Virus record (IMG/VR): IMGVR_UViG_3300020159_002453
Coordinates: 15,879 to 79,878 of that record
DNA: 64,000 nucleotides
Source of the DNA: a virus
Reading direction: 5' to 3' (one strand)
Part shown: positions 48,595 to 59,384 of the stretch, in pieces
Numbering within the stretch: position 1 is the first letter of the stretch
Layout of the letters: every line of letters starts with the position of its first letter
Notes under the pieces: model-generated
What the model was told of the DNA's origin: nothing
The model's input: only the letters and a program-made list of their open reading frames with translations
Database searches by the model: none
Program-made: the position numbers and the translations under genes

Positions 48595-49752
48595 ATGGCA
48601 CGTAAACCTTCTACCGAGAATAATAATAGTGAAACTAAGATGTCGTCTCTTACTGACATTTTTGAAGCTGTTGATGCTCTTAATGCAGATGCATCTTTGC
48701 TTTCAGATGCCAATTCACTCTCTATTGTAGGGGATTGGATCGACACTGGCTCATATGCTCTTAATGCTATCTTTTCTGGTTCCCTTTATAGGGGCATTCC
48801 TGTTGGCCGCATTACTGGTTTTTCCGGTCCTTCGGGCGCTGGAAAGACACTTATTGTTAACAAGATCATCGCCAACGCGCAAAAGAAAGGCTATTTTGCG
48901 GCTGTTTGGGATACCGAAGCTGCAGTCGACCGTCAATCCGCTGAAGGTGTTGGTATTGATCCTAAAAGGCTTAAATATTATCCTGTTGAGACCGTGGAAG
49001 ACTGCCGCAATCAGATTGCTACGTTTCTTGATAAGATTATTGCGGCAAATGATCCAAACCTCAAAGTAATCATTGCTATTGATAGTTTAGGTAACTTGGC
49101 TAGCGCTAAAGAGTTGAGAGACGTTACTGAAGGTAAAGATGCAGCAGATATGGGTACTAAAGCGAAAGCTATGAAATCTATGATGCGAGCCCTTACCTTT
49201 AAAGCCGCTAAAGCTCGGGTACCAATCTTGTTTACCAATCATATCTATGATAATCCTACTTCCCTTTATCCAGAATTAGTTAAGAAGCAATCAGGTGGTT
49301 CTGGTCCAGTTTATCTTGCTTCTTTACTTGTTCAACTTGCCACTCGCAACGAAAAAATAGACAAGAACGAAGGAGAAGAGTCAATTGGTGTGGCCCACAA
49401 TGTAAGCGGAGTGACCTTGTCAGCAATGACAGTTAAGAATCGCTTCGTACCTTCGTTCCTTAAAGCCGAGCTTTATAATAACTTCCGTACTGGCTTGAGT
49501 CGTTATGCTGGTCTTGCTGATATGGCAATTGCTATGGGAGTTGTAACCGGAGATAAATCTTACTTCCTCGGTACTGAAAAGATTGGTTATAAGAAGAACT
49601 GGGAGAATGACGTTGAGTTTTGGGAAAAGAAAGCATTACCCGCTCTAGAGCAGACCCTTAAAGAAAAGGTTTGCTACGGTGGGCAGGGTAGTACTGTAGC
49701 AGACGCAATCGATGGTCTCATCGAAAGCGACGAAAATGTTGCTGCAGAATAA
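48595..49752 (+). CDS. uvsX: UvsX RecA-like recombinase
   Basis: IDTGSYALN, GPSGAGKT, WDTE, IDSLG, TNH, SGGSG, KNRF. Confidence 0.96.
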   Translation: MARKPSTENNNSETKMSSLTDIFEAVDALNADASLLSDANSLSIVGDWIDTGSYALNAIFSGSLYRGIPVGRITGFSGPSGAGKTLIVNKIIANAQKKGYFAAVWDTEAAVDRQSAEGVGIDPKRLKYYPVETVEDCRNQIATFLDKIIAANDPNLKVIIAIDSLGNLASAKELRDVTEGKDAADMGTKAKAMKSMMRALTFKAAKARVPILFTNHIYDNPTSLYPELVKKQSGGSGPVYLASLLVQLATRNEKIDKNEGEESIGVAHNVSGVTLSAMTVKNRFVPSFLKAELYNNFRTGLSRYAGLADMAIAMGVVTGDKSYFLGTEKIGYKKNWENDVEFWEKKALPALEQTLKEKVCYGGQGSTVADAIDGLIESDENVAAE

Positions 49753-49759
49753 TTAAAAT

Positions 49760-49788
49760 AAAAGCTAAGGGCAACCTTAGCTTTTTTT
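49760..49788 (+). terminator. Intrinsic terminator after uvsX
   Basis: AAAAGCTAAGG-GCAA-CCTTAGCTTTT followed by a T run. Confidence 0.88.
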
Positions 49789-49812
49789 ATATAGTACGAT
49801 ATAATGTCCCTT

Positions 49813-51156
49813 ATGAAGAATAAACTTCAGGTTAACTCTGAATACTTTGAAAACGTTATTGCCTGTCAAGCTTTAACGAATTCTTACTATACTTCTTTAG
49901 TGTTAGAATATTTAGAGCCAGAGAACTTTAAACAGCCTGGCAATCGACTAATAATTAGCATTATTAAAGATTTTTACCTTAAAAGACGTGCTTTACCTAC
50001 CATTACGGAAATTAAAACATACCTTAAAAAGGAAGAGGATACTAAGTTAATAAAAGATACACTTACGTCTTATAAGCAAATCGATCTTAATGGTAATATC
50101 GATGAACTAATCCAAAACACTGAAACGTTCTTTAAAGAAAAGACTGTTTATAACACTGTACTTAAAATTGTCGATGACTTCACTAATGATAAAGCCGATT
50201 ATGGTAAATTCTTACAGATGTTTGAGAAAGCTTGTAACATTAAATTGGTTAATGAGATTGGCTTAGACTTTTACGGGGAATACGATAAAATACTTAAAGA
50301 GCTTGGTACAGACAGTGAAGTAATACCCACTGGTTGGAACTTTATTGATGAAAAGATCGGTGGTGGCTTAGCTAAGAAGGGCCGTGCTTTGTACTTGTTC
50401 TTAGGACCAACCAACGTGGGTAAGAGTATCTTTCTAGGTAATGTAGCTAGTAATATGGCAGCAAAAGACATTACCACGGTACTTATTTCTTTAGAAATGC
50501 CTGAAATGATGTATGCTAAGAGAATAAGCAGCCATGTATCTAAGATTCCAATTAACGGTATTAGAGATCAAATCGGTGCACTTGAGGGATATTTTAAAGA
50601 GGTATCTGAACAACGTAAACGTAAGCTTATTATTAAAGAGTTCCCGCCTAAAAGCGTGACTATAGGTAGTATTAAGGCTTACTTGGAGTCCCTCATTAAA
50701 AACGGGATTAAACCAGAGGTATTAGTGATTGACTACTTAGGTCTACTCAAGGCTAGCTCGGGCGATAACTCTTATGAGCAAGGTAAGTCTACAGCTGAAG
50801 ATCTAAGAGCTTTATCTTATTTCTTTAACATACCTATTGTAAGTGCAATTCAAACGAATAGAGAAGGTATGGATAACCCAAGTCTTGATACTGTATCTGA
50901 ATCCCTTGGTGTAGCCTTTACTGCAGATGTGGTTTGGTCTATTCATCAAGAAGAAGGAGACCAGGACCTTGGCATTATTAAAGTAGGTGGTATTAAGAAC
51001 CGGGTCGGACCTAAGCACGGTGCAACTGCAATGCGGATTGATTATACAACTCTATCGCTTTCCGAAGAAAAAGACTATATTGGACTCACTACTAATAATG
51101 GCAAGGATGCCGATGAAATGACAGCTTTGGAAAGAAAGCTGGAAAACTTGTCATAA
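49813..51156 (+). CDS. gp41: Replicative helicase gp41
   Basis: GPTNVGKS, ISLEM, IKEFP, IDYL, AIQTNR, SES, KNR. Confidence 0.95.
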   Translation: MKNKLQVNSEYFENVIACQALTNSYYTSLVLEYLEPENFKQPGNRLIISIIKDFYLKRRALPTITEIKTYLKKEEDTKLIKDTLTSYKQIDLNGNIDELIQNTETFFKEKTVYNTVLKIVDDFTNDKADYGKFLQMFEKACNIKLVNEIGLDFYGEYDKILKELGTDSEVIPTGWNFIDEKIGGGLAKKGRALYLFLGPTNVGKSIFLGNVASNMAAKDITTVLISLEMPEMMYAKRISSHVSKIPINGIRDQIGALEGYFKEVSEQRKRKLIIKEFPPKSVTIGSIKAYLESLIKNGIKPEVLVIDYLGLLKASSGDNSYEQGKSTAEDLRALSYFFNIPIVSAIQTNREGMDNPSLDTVSESLGVAFTADVVWSIHQEEGDQDLGIIKVGGIKNRVGPKHGATAMRIDYTTLSLSEEKDYIGLTTNNGKDADEMTALERKLENLS

Positions 51157-51173
51157 TAAGTTAAATAAGCATT

Positions 51174-52091
51174 GTGATCGCTAAGAACATATACGTTTTT
51201 ACAGATATAGATTTAGACGGTGCAACCAGTTTATTAGTACTACATTGGGCATTAAACGCCAAGCCTGGGGATATAAAATTCACCCCGGTTACTGTTTCCA
51301 ATTTTAGAAAAGAGTATTTAAAGTGGCTGGAAAGCGACAGCATCAGCAATTACGACAACGTAGTGTTTTTAGATTTAGATGTCAGTAATCATATTGATCT
51401 CATCGATAATAAGAAGTCTCTTGTAATCGACCACCATTCAACACATGTACGGGCATTATCGGGTTACAATCAAGCTGATGTTAGCCATGTAGTAGAGACA
51501 ACCTCTTGTGCAAAGTTAATGTATGTCGCATATAAAGACTCTTTAAAATTATCTGATAAGCAAAAATATCTTGTCGCATTAGCTAATGATTATGATTGTT
51601 ATCAACTTAAATTAGCTGAGACATACGATCTAAATTGCGCATTCAGTAACACCCAGCGCACACTCGAGAATACTCGCACTCATAAATTTGTTGAAAGATT
51701 CTATAACGGCTTTGATGAGTTGAATACTCAAGAGAAAAATATCGTTAAAGAGTATAAGACCGGTAGAGATGCTCTTATTAACAGTCTACAAGTGTTTTCC
51801 GGTAACGTAAGCATTAGCAAACAAAATATATTAGTTACTGGTACTACCGGCACCAAATATACTAATGATGTTTGCGATTATCTTTTAAAGAAATACAATT
51901 CTGACATAGTATTTTTTGTTAATACAAGTAGTACTCATGTTTCGTTTAGAAAAAAGAAAGAGTGTACTATAGATATGTCAAAGCTAGCCACCAAGCTCTG
52001 TGAAGGTGGTGGTCATGAATATGCTGCTGGTGGTAAGATTACAGACGCGTTTATGGAATTTGTAAAACAATTAACCCCGGTAAGCCAATAA
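51174..52091 (+). CDS. DHH-family phosphoesterase
   Basis: DIDLDG, FLD, IDHH, GGGH..AAG. Confidence 0.9.
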   Translation: MIAKNIYVFTDIDLDGATSLLVLHWALNAKPGDIKFTPVTVSNFRKEYLKWLESDSISNYDNVVFLDLDVSNHIDLIDNKKSLVIDHHSTHVRALSGYNQADVSHVVETTSCAKLMYVAYKDSLKLSDKQKYLVALANDYDCYQLKLAETYDLNCAFSNTQRTLENTRTHKFVERFYNGFDELNTQEKNIVKEYKTGRDALINSLQVFSGNVSISKQNILVTGTTGTKYTNDVCDYLLKKYNSDIVFFVNTSSTHVSFRKKKECTIDMSKLATKLCEGGGHEYAAGGKITDAFMEFVKQLTPVSQ

Positions 52092-52092
52092 C

Positions 52093-52389
52093 ATGTCCGG
52101 GGTAATTGGAGCTTTAGAACAAGCAATTCATGATAACCCGTTAGACTCATTGTCTTACGAGGAAATCGAGACTGAGTTAATTAAGTTTAGTTCTTTTTGC
52201 TCTATTATTCATAATAAGAAACTCAATAACGTAGCAGTTTTTTCGTTAATAGTCAAAAATAAAATTTATAAGAAGATCTACATGAAAATGGTTCATTTAG
52301 ATAATGATAGAGAAGCTTTACTACTGTTTTTGAAGTATAATTCCAACTTATGTCGTAGCAAAGTTGTGAGAGAGGTGTTACAATCGTAA
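52093..52389 (+). CDS. Hypothetical protein
   Basis: 98-aa ORF. Confidence 0.65.
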   Translation: MSGVIGALEQAIHDNPLDSLSYEEIETELIKFSSFCSIIHNKKLNNVAVFSLIVKNKIYKKIYMKMVHLDNDREALLLFLKYNSNLCRSKVVREVLQS

Positions 52390-52395
52390 CACTAA

Positions 52396-53040
52396 ATGAC
52401 TGTACCTGAAATATACAACACTTACCTTTCCGTTTCTAGGGGCTCAAAGAATGCGCCGTGGAGACCGCGTAAGAACTTTGATAAATTCGAAGACACCCCA
52501 GACGGTTTTATATGTCAAAAGCTTGAACTGTTTTTTAAGAAGTTTCCTCAGCTTTCACCTTACGAATTTTTTCGCGCACCTTATGAGATATATAAAGATG
52601 AAGATCATTTTCCTTTAAGCTTTTATACCACTCAAAAAGCAATTGCAGTATACTCTAACTTTCAGAAACAGAAGAAAGAAGAATCTCCGGATACAGAAGA
52701 TCAAATTGCCGATATTAAGAAATCACTGAAGGCAATTGCTTGTAAGTGTATAGAAGAAAAAATTACACTTGAGCAATACTGCACCGGTAAAGACGGGTAT
52801 ACCTACCGACCAGTTGTGGACTTTGCTAACAAAATGATTAACGTGTATGTGTTAATTAAGTTGCCTTTTTTTGAGTCCCAGCTAAACTCTCTTAACCTTC
52901 AAGATAAAGAACTTTACTTAAAAGGTGTGTACAATAGCATTTCAAAATATAAAATGAGATTGAACACGTCTACTAGAGCTAAGAACGTAATCGATGAAGG
53001 TATCAAAATAATAACTAAAATAACTAATCGTATTGATTAA
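52396..53040 (+). CDS. Possible helicase loader gp59
   Basis: 214 aa, directly upstream of gp32. EIYNTYLS N-terminus resembles gp59-like proteins. Confidence 0.45.
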   Translation: MTVPEIYNTYLSVSRGSKNAPWRPRKNFDKFEDTPDGFICQKLELFFKKFPQLSPYEFFRAPYEIYKDEDHFPLSFYTTQKAIAVYSNFQKQKKEESPDTEDQIADIKKSLKAIACKCIEEKITLEQYCTGKDGYTYRPVVDFANKMINVYVLIKLPFFESQLNSLNLQDKELYLKGVYNSISKYKMRLNTSTRAKNVIDEGIKIITKITNRID

Positions 53041-53072
53041 AACTAATAATAAACTAAAATTAAACTATATAT

Positions 53073-54005
53073 ATGAAACCTACATTCAACAGTAATATGT
53101 TCGAAAGCATTAAGAGCGCTCTTGAGAGTGCTAAAAATAAAACGGGGGGTTCTGCTTATAAGAACATTCTCTCTATTGCCGGCCCAGCCACTTACGTAGT
53201 CCGCCTTCTTCCTAATCTTAAGAAGCCTGCCGAGACTTTCGTCCACTATTACCATCACGGCTGGAATAGCATTGCTACCGGTCAATACGCTAGCGTAAAC
53301 TCACCTTCTACTTGGGGAGAGCGTTGCCCGGTTAGCGAGCTTTACTTCAAGATTCTCCGGGAAGGATCTCCAGAAGAGATCGAACGCGCTAAAGCTAATC
53401 TCCGCCGTAAAGAAAACTGGCTCGTTAATGTTCTAGTCGTAAGTGACCCCAAGAATCCTGAAAATAACGGCACTGTTAAAGTTCTTCGCTACGGCAAACA
53501 ACTTAACAAGATTATTGATTCGGCTATTAAAGGCGATGATTCAGCTGAATTCGGTGCTAAGATCTTTGATCTTTCCGCAAACGGTTGCAGTCTTCGCATC
53601 AAAGCCGAGCTTGTTTCTGATAAGCCAGGTGCCCCTAAATATCCGACCTATACTGCTTCGAAGTTCCTGAGCCCTGGCCCCGTTGAGAACTTTGACGAAA
53701 ATAAGATTTCTGAAATTTACGAAAGCATTCACGATCTTAATACTCTTGTTGAGCACAAGACCGCTGCAGAAATCCAAACCTTTATCGAGACTAACTTTTA
53801 CGGTAAAGATGCCGCTGCAGCAGAAAAGCCAGATGCTGGTATCGAGGTTGTTGAAGAAGACGTTCCATACGTTGCCCCTAAACCAGTTGTTAAGGCTAGT
53901 GCACCGGCACCAGCCCCTAAACCAGCTACTAAACCCGTAGACGTAGATACAGCTATTAACGACGATAAAGTTAAGTCAATCCTTGACGGTCTCGACGACC
54001 TATAA
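53073..54005 (+). CDS. gp32: Single-stranded DNA-binding protein gp32
   Basis: VRLLP, HGW, CPVSE, NVLVVSDPKNPENNG, YGK, IFD, acidic tail. Confidence 0.93.
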   Translation: MKPTFNSNMFESIKSALESAKNKTGGSAYKNILSIAGPATYVVRLLPNLKKPAETFVHYYHHGWNSIATGQYASVNSPSTWGERCPVSELYFKILREGSPEEIERAKANLRRKENWLVNVLVVSDPKNPENNGTVKVLRYGKQLNKIIDSAIKGDDSAEFGAKIFDLSANGCSLRIKAELVSDKPGAPKYPTYTASKFLSPGPVENFDENKISEIYESIHDLNTLVEHKTAAEIQTFIETNFYGKDAAAAEKPDAGIEVVEEDVPYVAPKPVVKASAPAPAPKPATKPVDVDTAINDDKVKSILDGLDDL

Positions 54006-54007
54006 GA

Positions 54008-54604
54008 ATGACTGAACAACAAAGAAGACAACAAATTATGCAAGCGCGTCAGCAGGCCGATCAAACTCGGTCTGCTGCACCGCATATGTCTGATCAAGAG
54101 GCTGAACGTATTGCGTCTCAAGGTCAAGGTCTCACTCAAGAGCAAGTAATTGCTATTGCTATGATGGGTAAATTCGTGCAAAACGATATTACCGGAGTGA
54201 AGAAATCTTCTTTGGGAGACTTGAAAGTGAGTGATGTAGATATGGCTAAGGTAATGCCTTCGGGTATTGCTAAAGCTATGGGAGCGTCGCCGCAACAGCA
54301 GATGCAACCCCCACAGCCACTCACACATCAGATTTCTCTTGCATCTCCGGGGGTGGATCTTTCTTCTATCCCCAGTCTACCACCCGGGGTAGTAAATTTA
54401 CCTTATATTGAGCCAAAACCGTCTGATAATAATCAACTTGAGCTTGATTTTGATAAAAAAGTTCGGTACGAAGATATCATGCAGGCTATTGATAAAATCG
54501 AGAACAAGATTATACTCCTTACGGACAAGATTAACGAACTCTCTACCTTAGTAGATAAAAAAAAACTGAAGAAAGCCCAAGACAATGGAACTCAAGCTGG
54601 TTAA
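54008..54604 (+). CDS. Hypothetical protein
   Basis: 198 aa, Gln/Pro-rich, QLELDF motif. Confidence 0.7.
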   Translation: MTEQQRRQQIMQARQQADQTRSAAPHMSDQEAERIASQGQGLTQEQVIAIAMMGKFVQNDITGVKKSSLGDLKVSDVDMAKVMPSGIAKAMGASPQQQMQPPQPLTHQISLASPGVDLSSIPSLPPGVVNLPYIEPKPSDNNQLELDFDKKVRYEDIMQAIDKIENKIILLTDKINELSTLVDKKKLKKAQDNGTQAG

Positions 54605-55319
54605 AAAAGATTTTGCGGATAACTACCTAAGTGTAATTAGTAAAGCAGTTGATGTTGCTTCTATTAAAGTCACTAAGGAAGGTCTGTATGTAGTGTGTAA
54701 TAAACCTGATACTAGTATTATACTACTAGGCAAGTATAATCACCCTATCGATATAGAAGAAGAGCAAACTCTTAATATTGGTGACATTAAAAAGCTTCTA
54801 CGAGTTATAGATTGTATTGAAGAAGATGATCTAGTGTTTAAGCTTAATAGTAATCACCTAACTTATAAGTCACCTTCTATACAATTTAAGTATCATTTCC
54901 TAGATGATGCTGTTGTACCTAAAGTCACTCTTAAGAAGGAAAAGATTGAGTCTCTTGAGCTTGATACCTTTTTTGATATCGAGTACAAGAAACTACAAGA
55001 GATTCTTAAAGCGAGTTCTTTTACTACCGACACGAACAAGATATACCTCTACGGACAACCTGATGGGGTATATTGCGAACTTGGGGATAAAGAAAAGAGT
55101 AACACAGACAACATCTCTCTTAAGGTAGCCGACAAAGTAGAGGGTCAACCACTATCGCAAGTGCTTCCTTTTAATTTAGATATATTTAGAGTGCTTACCG
55201 GGGTACGCTTTGAACGTGCCCGGGTAGGTATTAATCTTAAGTTTAAAGTGATGTCATTTTACGTTAAACCGACAGATGACACAGAATTTAAGTTTATTAT
55301 TTCTGGATTGGTCAAATAA
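54585..55319 (+). CDS. gp45: Sliding clamp gp45-like
   Basis: 244 aa, two-domain beta/alpha pattern, NIGDIKKLL, FIISGLV end. Confidence 0.7.
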   Translation: MELKLVKKDFADNYLSVISKAVDVASIKVTKEGLYVVCNKPDTSIILLGKYNHPIDIEEEQTLNIGDIKKLLRVIDCIEEDDLVFKLNSNHLTYKSPSIQFKYHFLDDAVVPKVTLKKEKIESLELDTFFDIEYKKLQEILKASSFTTDTNKIYLYGQPDGVYCELGDKEKSNTDNISLKVADKVEGQPLSQVLPFNLDIFRVLTGVRFERARVGINLKFKVMSFYVKPTDDTEFKFIISGLVK

Positions 55320-55642
55320 TGTCTAATAAGATTACAACTCAGAGTTACTTCGTTAAAAGACTTAAAGACTCCGGTTATATCGTCTATAAGATATTTGATG
55401 AGTATAGTGAAGCAGATCCTCGTAGTTGGACGGTAATGATCGATCCTGGTCATGCGTCTATCTTTTGTACCTGTTACGTTAATCACGAAGGTATGTTCGG
55501 GGAAACCTTTTTTGAATTTTATGATGGGGGACAGTATATTCCTGAGAAGTTTAAGTTGAAAACTGACTCGATCGAGGTTATAATATCGTACCTCTTCAAA
55601 TATGGAATCAATAACAAATCAGACAACTACAGTAGCAGATAA
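55319..55642 (+). CDS. Hypothetical protein
   Basis: 107 aa, coupled to gp45. Confidence 0.7.
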   Translation: MSNKITTQSYFVKRLKDSGYIVYKIFDEYSEADPRSWTVMIDPGHASIFCTCYVNHEGMFGETFFEFYDGGQYIPEKFKLKTDSIEVIISYLFKYGINNKSDNYSSR

Positions 55643-56675
55643 AAATTTGACATTTAAATTTATGAATAATTCTAAACCATACGATTGGCTCGGAGAAGAC
55701 GTGGAGGGTAAACAGCCTTTATTTGATGCTGTTAACCACAAGTATATGGAGTCAGATCGTAACTACGACACTAACCTTAAGCCTGATAATGCTTATATTG
55801 CTACTTTGCCCGATTTGCAGAACGGCCCTTCATCTCTTATTCAAGGTGCAAATGTTGCTATTCAACAAGTAGGTATTCACAACTTTAAGCTCCCGCTTAA
55901 ATGGACTCGTCCAGATGGTACTATTATTGAACTTGAAACAGCTGTAACCGGTACTGTATCTCTTGATGCCGATAAGAAGGGTATCAATATGTCTCGTATC
56001 ATTCGTTCATTCTATGAGCATAAAGATAACGTATTTGATGCTAACTACATTGAAGACGTATTAAAGCTCTATAAGAAGAACCTCGGCACTTTTGATGCTA
56101 AGATCATTCTTAAGATCTCTTACCCTATTATTCAAAAGAGTCTTCGTTCCGGTAACGAGGGGTATCAATACTACAATATCGCTATTGAATGTAACCTTAA
56201 CCAGCAAGGTGTGTTTGACAAGATTATTCACTTTGACTTTGTATATTCTTCAGCCTGTCCCTGCTCTTTTGAACTAGGAGAACATGCCCGTAAGTACCGT
56301 AATAAAGCGGTTGTATCTCACTCGCAGCGTTCTACAGCCCGTATTTCAATAAAGTATACTGACCACATTTGGTTTGAAGAAATTCAGGCAATGTGTCTTA
56401 ATGCCCTTAAGACTGAAACTCAAGTCATGGTCAAAAGAGAAGACGAGCAAGCGTTTGCTGAACTTAACGGGGCATACTTGAAGTTTGTTGAAGACGCAAC
56501 CCGTCTACTTTATAATGAGCTTGATAAAGATAGTCGAATTATTGACTTTAAGATTGTGTGCTCTCACTTAGAATCTCTTCACTCTCACGACGCGATTGGT
56601 TGCATTGTTAAAGGGGTTATTGATGGATTTACTGCGACCGTTTCTGAGGCTGAGCTCCGTAGCTTAGTGCGTTAA
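55602..56675 (+). CDS. folE2: GTP cyclohydrolase I type B
   Basis: LPDLQ, QQVGI, KGINMSR, SACPCS, HSQRS, VKREDEQ, FVED, ESLHSHDA. Confidence 0.95.
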   Translation: MESITNQTTTVADKNLTFKFMNNSKPYDWLGEDVEGKQPLFDAVNHKYMESDRNYDTNLKPDNAYIATLPDLQNGPSSLIQGANVAIQQVGIHNFKLPLKWTRPDGTIIELETAVTGTVSLDADKKGINMSRIIRSFYEHKDNVFDANYIEDVLKLYKKNLGTFDAKIILKISYPIIQKSLRSGNEGYQYYNIAIECNLNQQGVFDKIIHFDFVYSSACPCSFELGEHARKYRNKAVVSHSQRSTARISIKYTDHIWFEEIQAMCLNALKTETQVMVKREDEQAFAELNGAYLKFVEDATRLLYNELDKDSRIIDFKIVCSHLESLHSHDAIGCIVKGVIDGFTATVSEAELRSLVR

Positions 56676-56685
56676 GTTTATAAAT

Positions 56686-57132
56686 ATGATAGTGAGTAAA
56701 AAAACAAAAACTGTAAAGTCTAAAAAGAAAAGTCCGTTAATGACTACTTCAACAGCTTCTGTTTCTGCCGCCGCCGCAGCAGTGATTTCTTCTAATAACA
56801 CAGTAGATCTTATTAATTTAACTGAAGTTGAGCAACGGAAAATCCAGGAGATGGTTAGCCTTGCTCAATTTGAATTTTCTAAAATAAAAACTAGTATTAT
56901 TAAGGAAAAGAAAAAAGAAATCGACACACTTGAGACTGTAGTTAAAGAGTTTATGGGCCCGTTTATGTTAATGGGTTACGACCTTAATGATAATCCAATT
57001 GAAATGGTATCGGCTAATTCTCCTGCAGAATATGATGCCCTACTTGAAAGATTGCGTAGAGTGGTATTTAAGATTAACCAAAATCTCGCAAACTCGAGCG
57101 GAAACGATCCGTATGGTTTCAGCTCTAATTAA
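56686..57132 (+). CDS. Hypothetical protein
   Basis: 148 aa. TATAAATA overlaps the annotated ATG, so the true start may be the GTG at 56692. Confidence 0.7.
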   Translation: MIVSKKTKTVKSKKKSPLMTTSTASVSAAAAAVISSNNTVDLINLTEVEQRKIQEMVSLAQFEFSKIKTSIIKEKKKEIDTLETVVKEFMGPFMLMGYDLNDNPIEMVSANSPAEYDALLERLRRVVFKINQNLANSSGNDPYGFSSN

Positions 57133-57430
57133 GTCACTTAAAATTAGGTTTTTACCTAAAAAACGCCGGCTTTATGTAGTACTTGAAGGAAAGTACAAAG
57201 GGGAATGGCTTTTGCTAATTAAAACTAGTGAAAAAGAAGATACGTATTTTTCTTTACCTGATAAACACATACGAGTCATACCTAAGACCGAATTTGTTTG
57301 GGGGTTATCTAAAAAGGTGGTAGAAGTAGTAGATGTTCTACCTAAGAGTGTATATAATGTCTGTTTAGCAGAATATAACTACACGGCCACTGATGCACAA
57401 CGAAATAACACTCTTAATCGACGGGAATAA
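57113..57430 (+). CDS. Hypothetical protein
   Basis: ORF between its neighbours, likely start at 57113. Confidence 0.6.
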   Translation: MVSALIKSLKIRFLPKKRRLYVVLEGKYKGEWLLLIKTSEKEDTYFSLPDKHIRVIPKTEFVWGLSKKVVEVVDVLPKSVYNVCLAEYNYTATDAQRNNTLNRRE

Positions 57431-58340
57431 CACCCTTCATCGTACTTACTGGATTGCAAACAATACTGGCCGTACTTTAATTAATTCTAAAGGAGTAAAC
57501 ACCGGTAATGCGTTTACTTTCGTAAAAACGATCAAATCATATGTTGATCAGTTTAACGCGAACAAAGTTTATATTGCTTGGGATAAGAAATTACTCTCAG
57601 AAGTAAGTTTTAGAAACACACTTACTGAGGGTTCGTATAAAGGCACCCGAGATCAAGATAGAAATAAAGCTGTGTACGAAAGTGCTGATGCTATTGTTAG
57701 CATGGTTGATAGTCTTGGGGTTAAGAGCATTTTTCCGGGTAAATTAGAAGCCGACGATGTAATCAGCTGGTTGAGTAAGACCATTCCTGGTAAAAAAATC
57801 ATTATTAGTGTCGATAAAGACTTTATTCAACTTGTTGCAAAGGATATATCCTACTATAACCCTATTAAAAAGCTGCTCGTAGATGAGCTTAATTTTAAAG
57901 AGACTTACAATGTAGAGCCCAAGGAATACTTGTACTATAAAGCTATTCTAGGGGATGTTTCAGATAATATACCTGGAATTGAGGGCTTTGGTAAGGTAAA
58001 AGGGCTAAAATTAGCAATTGCATACAATCAGTATATAAAAACTGGCACTTGTAATGAAAAAGACCTACAAGTTATTAAAGAGAACGAGCATATCATTAAT
58101 AATAACCTTAAATTAATGGATTTATCGTATGGTCTTGAACAATTCAAAGAAGAAACCGAGTTATACAGCTCTCAACTTATAGAGCTCAATAAAAAGGGTA
58201 CAGATTTTAAGAAATTTAAGGAAATATGTACTGATATGGAGTTTAATTCTATTTTAGAAAAGATAGACACTTGGCAAGCGACCTTTAACAAGGATTTGAA
58301 TAACAATATTTTAGCCGGGTATTTTAAGTCTTTTGAGTAA
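57393..58340 (+). CDS. rnh: T4 RNase H-like 5'-3' exonuclease
   Basis: LIDGNN, AWD, YKGTR, EADDVI, SVDKDFIQL, GDVSDNIPG. Confidence 0.93.
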   Translation: MHNEITLLIDGNNTLHRTYWIANNTGRTLINSKGVNTGNAFTFVKTIKSYVDQFNANKVYIAWDKKLLSEVSFRNTLTEGSYKGTRDQDRNKAVYESADAIVSMVDSLGVKSIFPGKLEADDVISWLSKTIPGKKIIISVDKDFIQLVAKDISYYNPIKKLLVDELNFKETYNVEPKEYLYYKAILGDVSDNIPGIEGFGKVKGLKLAIAYNQYIKTGTCNEKDLQVIKENEHIINNNLKLMDLSYGLEQFKEETELYSSQLIELNKKGTDFKKFKEICTDMEFNSILEKIDTWQATFNKDLNNNILAGYFKSFE

Positions 58341-58352
58341 GTATTGGTCAAT

Positions 58353-58547
58353 ATGTATAAGAATGTAGAACCTCGCGCACAAAGCTGCACTACATGCGGC
58401 CAACCTTCAGTACATCCTAGAATCATGCAAGTGCAGCGTGGTAAAGATGTTATTACAGAAGCACATTGGGTTTGCCCAAGATGTTCCAATAGATTCATGA
58501 CCGGGACACTAAATATACAACAAGCCGGTGAAAAAAAGCAAAACTAA
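58353..58547 (+). CDS. Small Zn-ribbon protein
   Basis: CTTC and CPRC motifs. TAAGTA 9 nt upstream. Confidence 0.7.
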   Translation: MYKNVEPRAQSCTTCGQPSVHPRIMQVQRGKDVITEAHWVCPRCSNRFMTGTLNIQQAGEKKQN

Positions 58548-58926
58548 AAAGATTTTAGACGAAGCGTCTTACTATACTGGTGCCCAGAGTGGTGGTTCAT
58601 CTACCCCTGAGACAGCTTCACCGTATGAATTTAGCAAAGATAGCGTTCCCACTCTTAATAAAGTGGGAGGATTAAAGAATCAAGGTAATAATTATGGTAC
58701 CCCTCAAGAACTTCCGTACCCGCTTCAAGATTCTATTAGACAGCTTGCCGATCTTTATTTGAAAGCGCAGGAATTAAGAAATGCTGCTCGTAAAGCTAAT
58801 GAGCTTCCGTTTTTTAAGGGTAGAGAAGCAAAGCTTGAAGCATTTCGAAAGCAGTTAAATGGTATTATGGTTGAGTGTAAAAAATTAGCTACAAGTTTAC
58901 ACGACTTTTCTCTTGCACCAAAGTAA
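58528..58926 (+). CDS. Hypothetical protein
   Basis: 132-aa ORF. Confidence 0.7.
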   Translation: MKKSKTKKILDEASYYTGAQSGGSSTPETASPYEFSKDSVPTLNKVGGLKNQGNNYGTPQELPYPLQDSIRQLADLYLKAQELRNAARKANELPFFKGREAKLEAFRKQLNGIMVECKKLATSLHDFSLAPK

Positions 58927-58951
58927 TAAAAGAGCCTAATATATAGGCTTT

Positions 58952-59380
58952 ATGAAACGTACTATATTGAACTTGGCTAGATCGATAGCCATTACTGCAG
59001 TTATTTCGACTGCTGTTGGAGGGGCAGCGTATTACACCAATCACTCTTTTGTGCTTTGGGCTGTAATTGCTTTTTTTACACAGTTTGCATTATTCTATCT
59101 TACTAATATGTATCTAGAATATAAAACTATTCGAGAGATTAGATTCTTACAAATTAAAGAAGCCGAGCTTGTTGCCCAGAATTCTATTAAAGTTGCATGC
59201 GCTTCTTGTAAAAAGGAGAGCGATGTTATTATACGTACCGACAAAGAAAATCGTTACACTTGCGGTTTTTGTGGAGATAAAAATTCTATATATTTAGTTG
59301 CAGAGACTGCAATTATTACCGAGCCTCTTTACGAACAGGAACCAATACCTAACACTGCTTCTACTAACAGAACCGCTTAA
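58952..59380 (+). CDS. Two-TM membrane protein with a C-terminal Zn ribbon
   Basis: Two hydrophobic helices, then CASC and CGFC. Confidence 0.7.
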   Translation: MKRTILNLARSIAITAVISTAVGGAAYYTNHSFVLWAVIAFFTQFALFYLTNMYLEYKTIREIRFLQIKEAELVAQNSIKVACASCKKESDVIIRTDKENRYTCGFCGDKNSIYLVAETAIITEPLYEQEPIPNTASTNRTA

Positions 59381-59384
59381 TAAC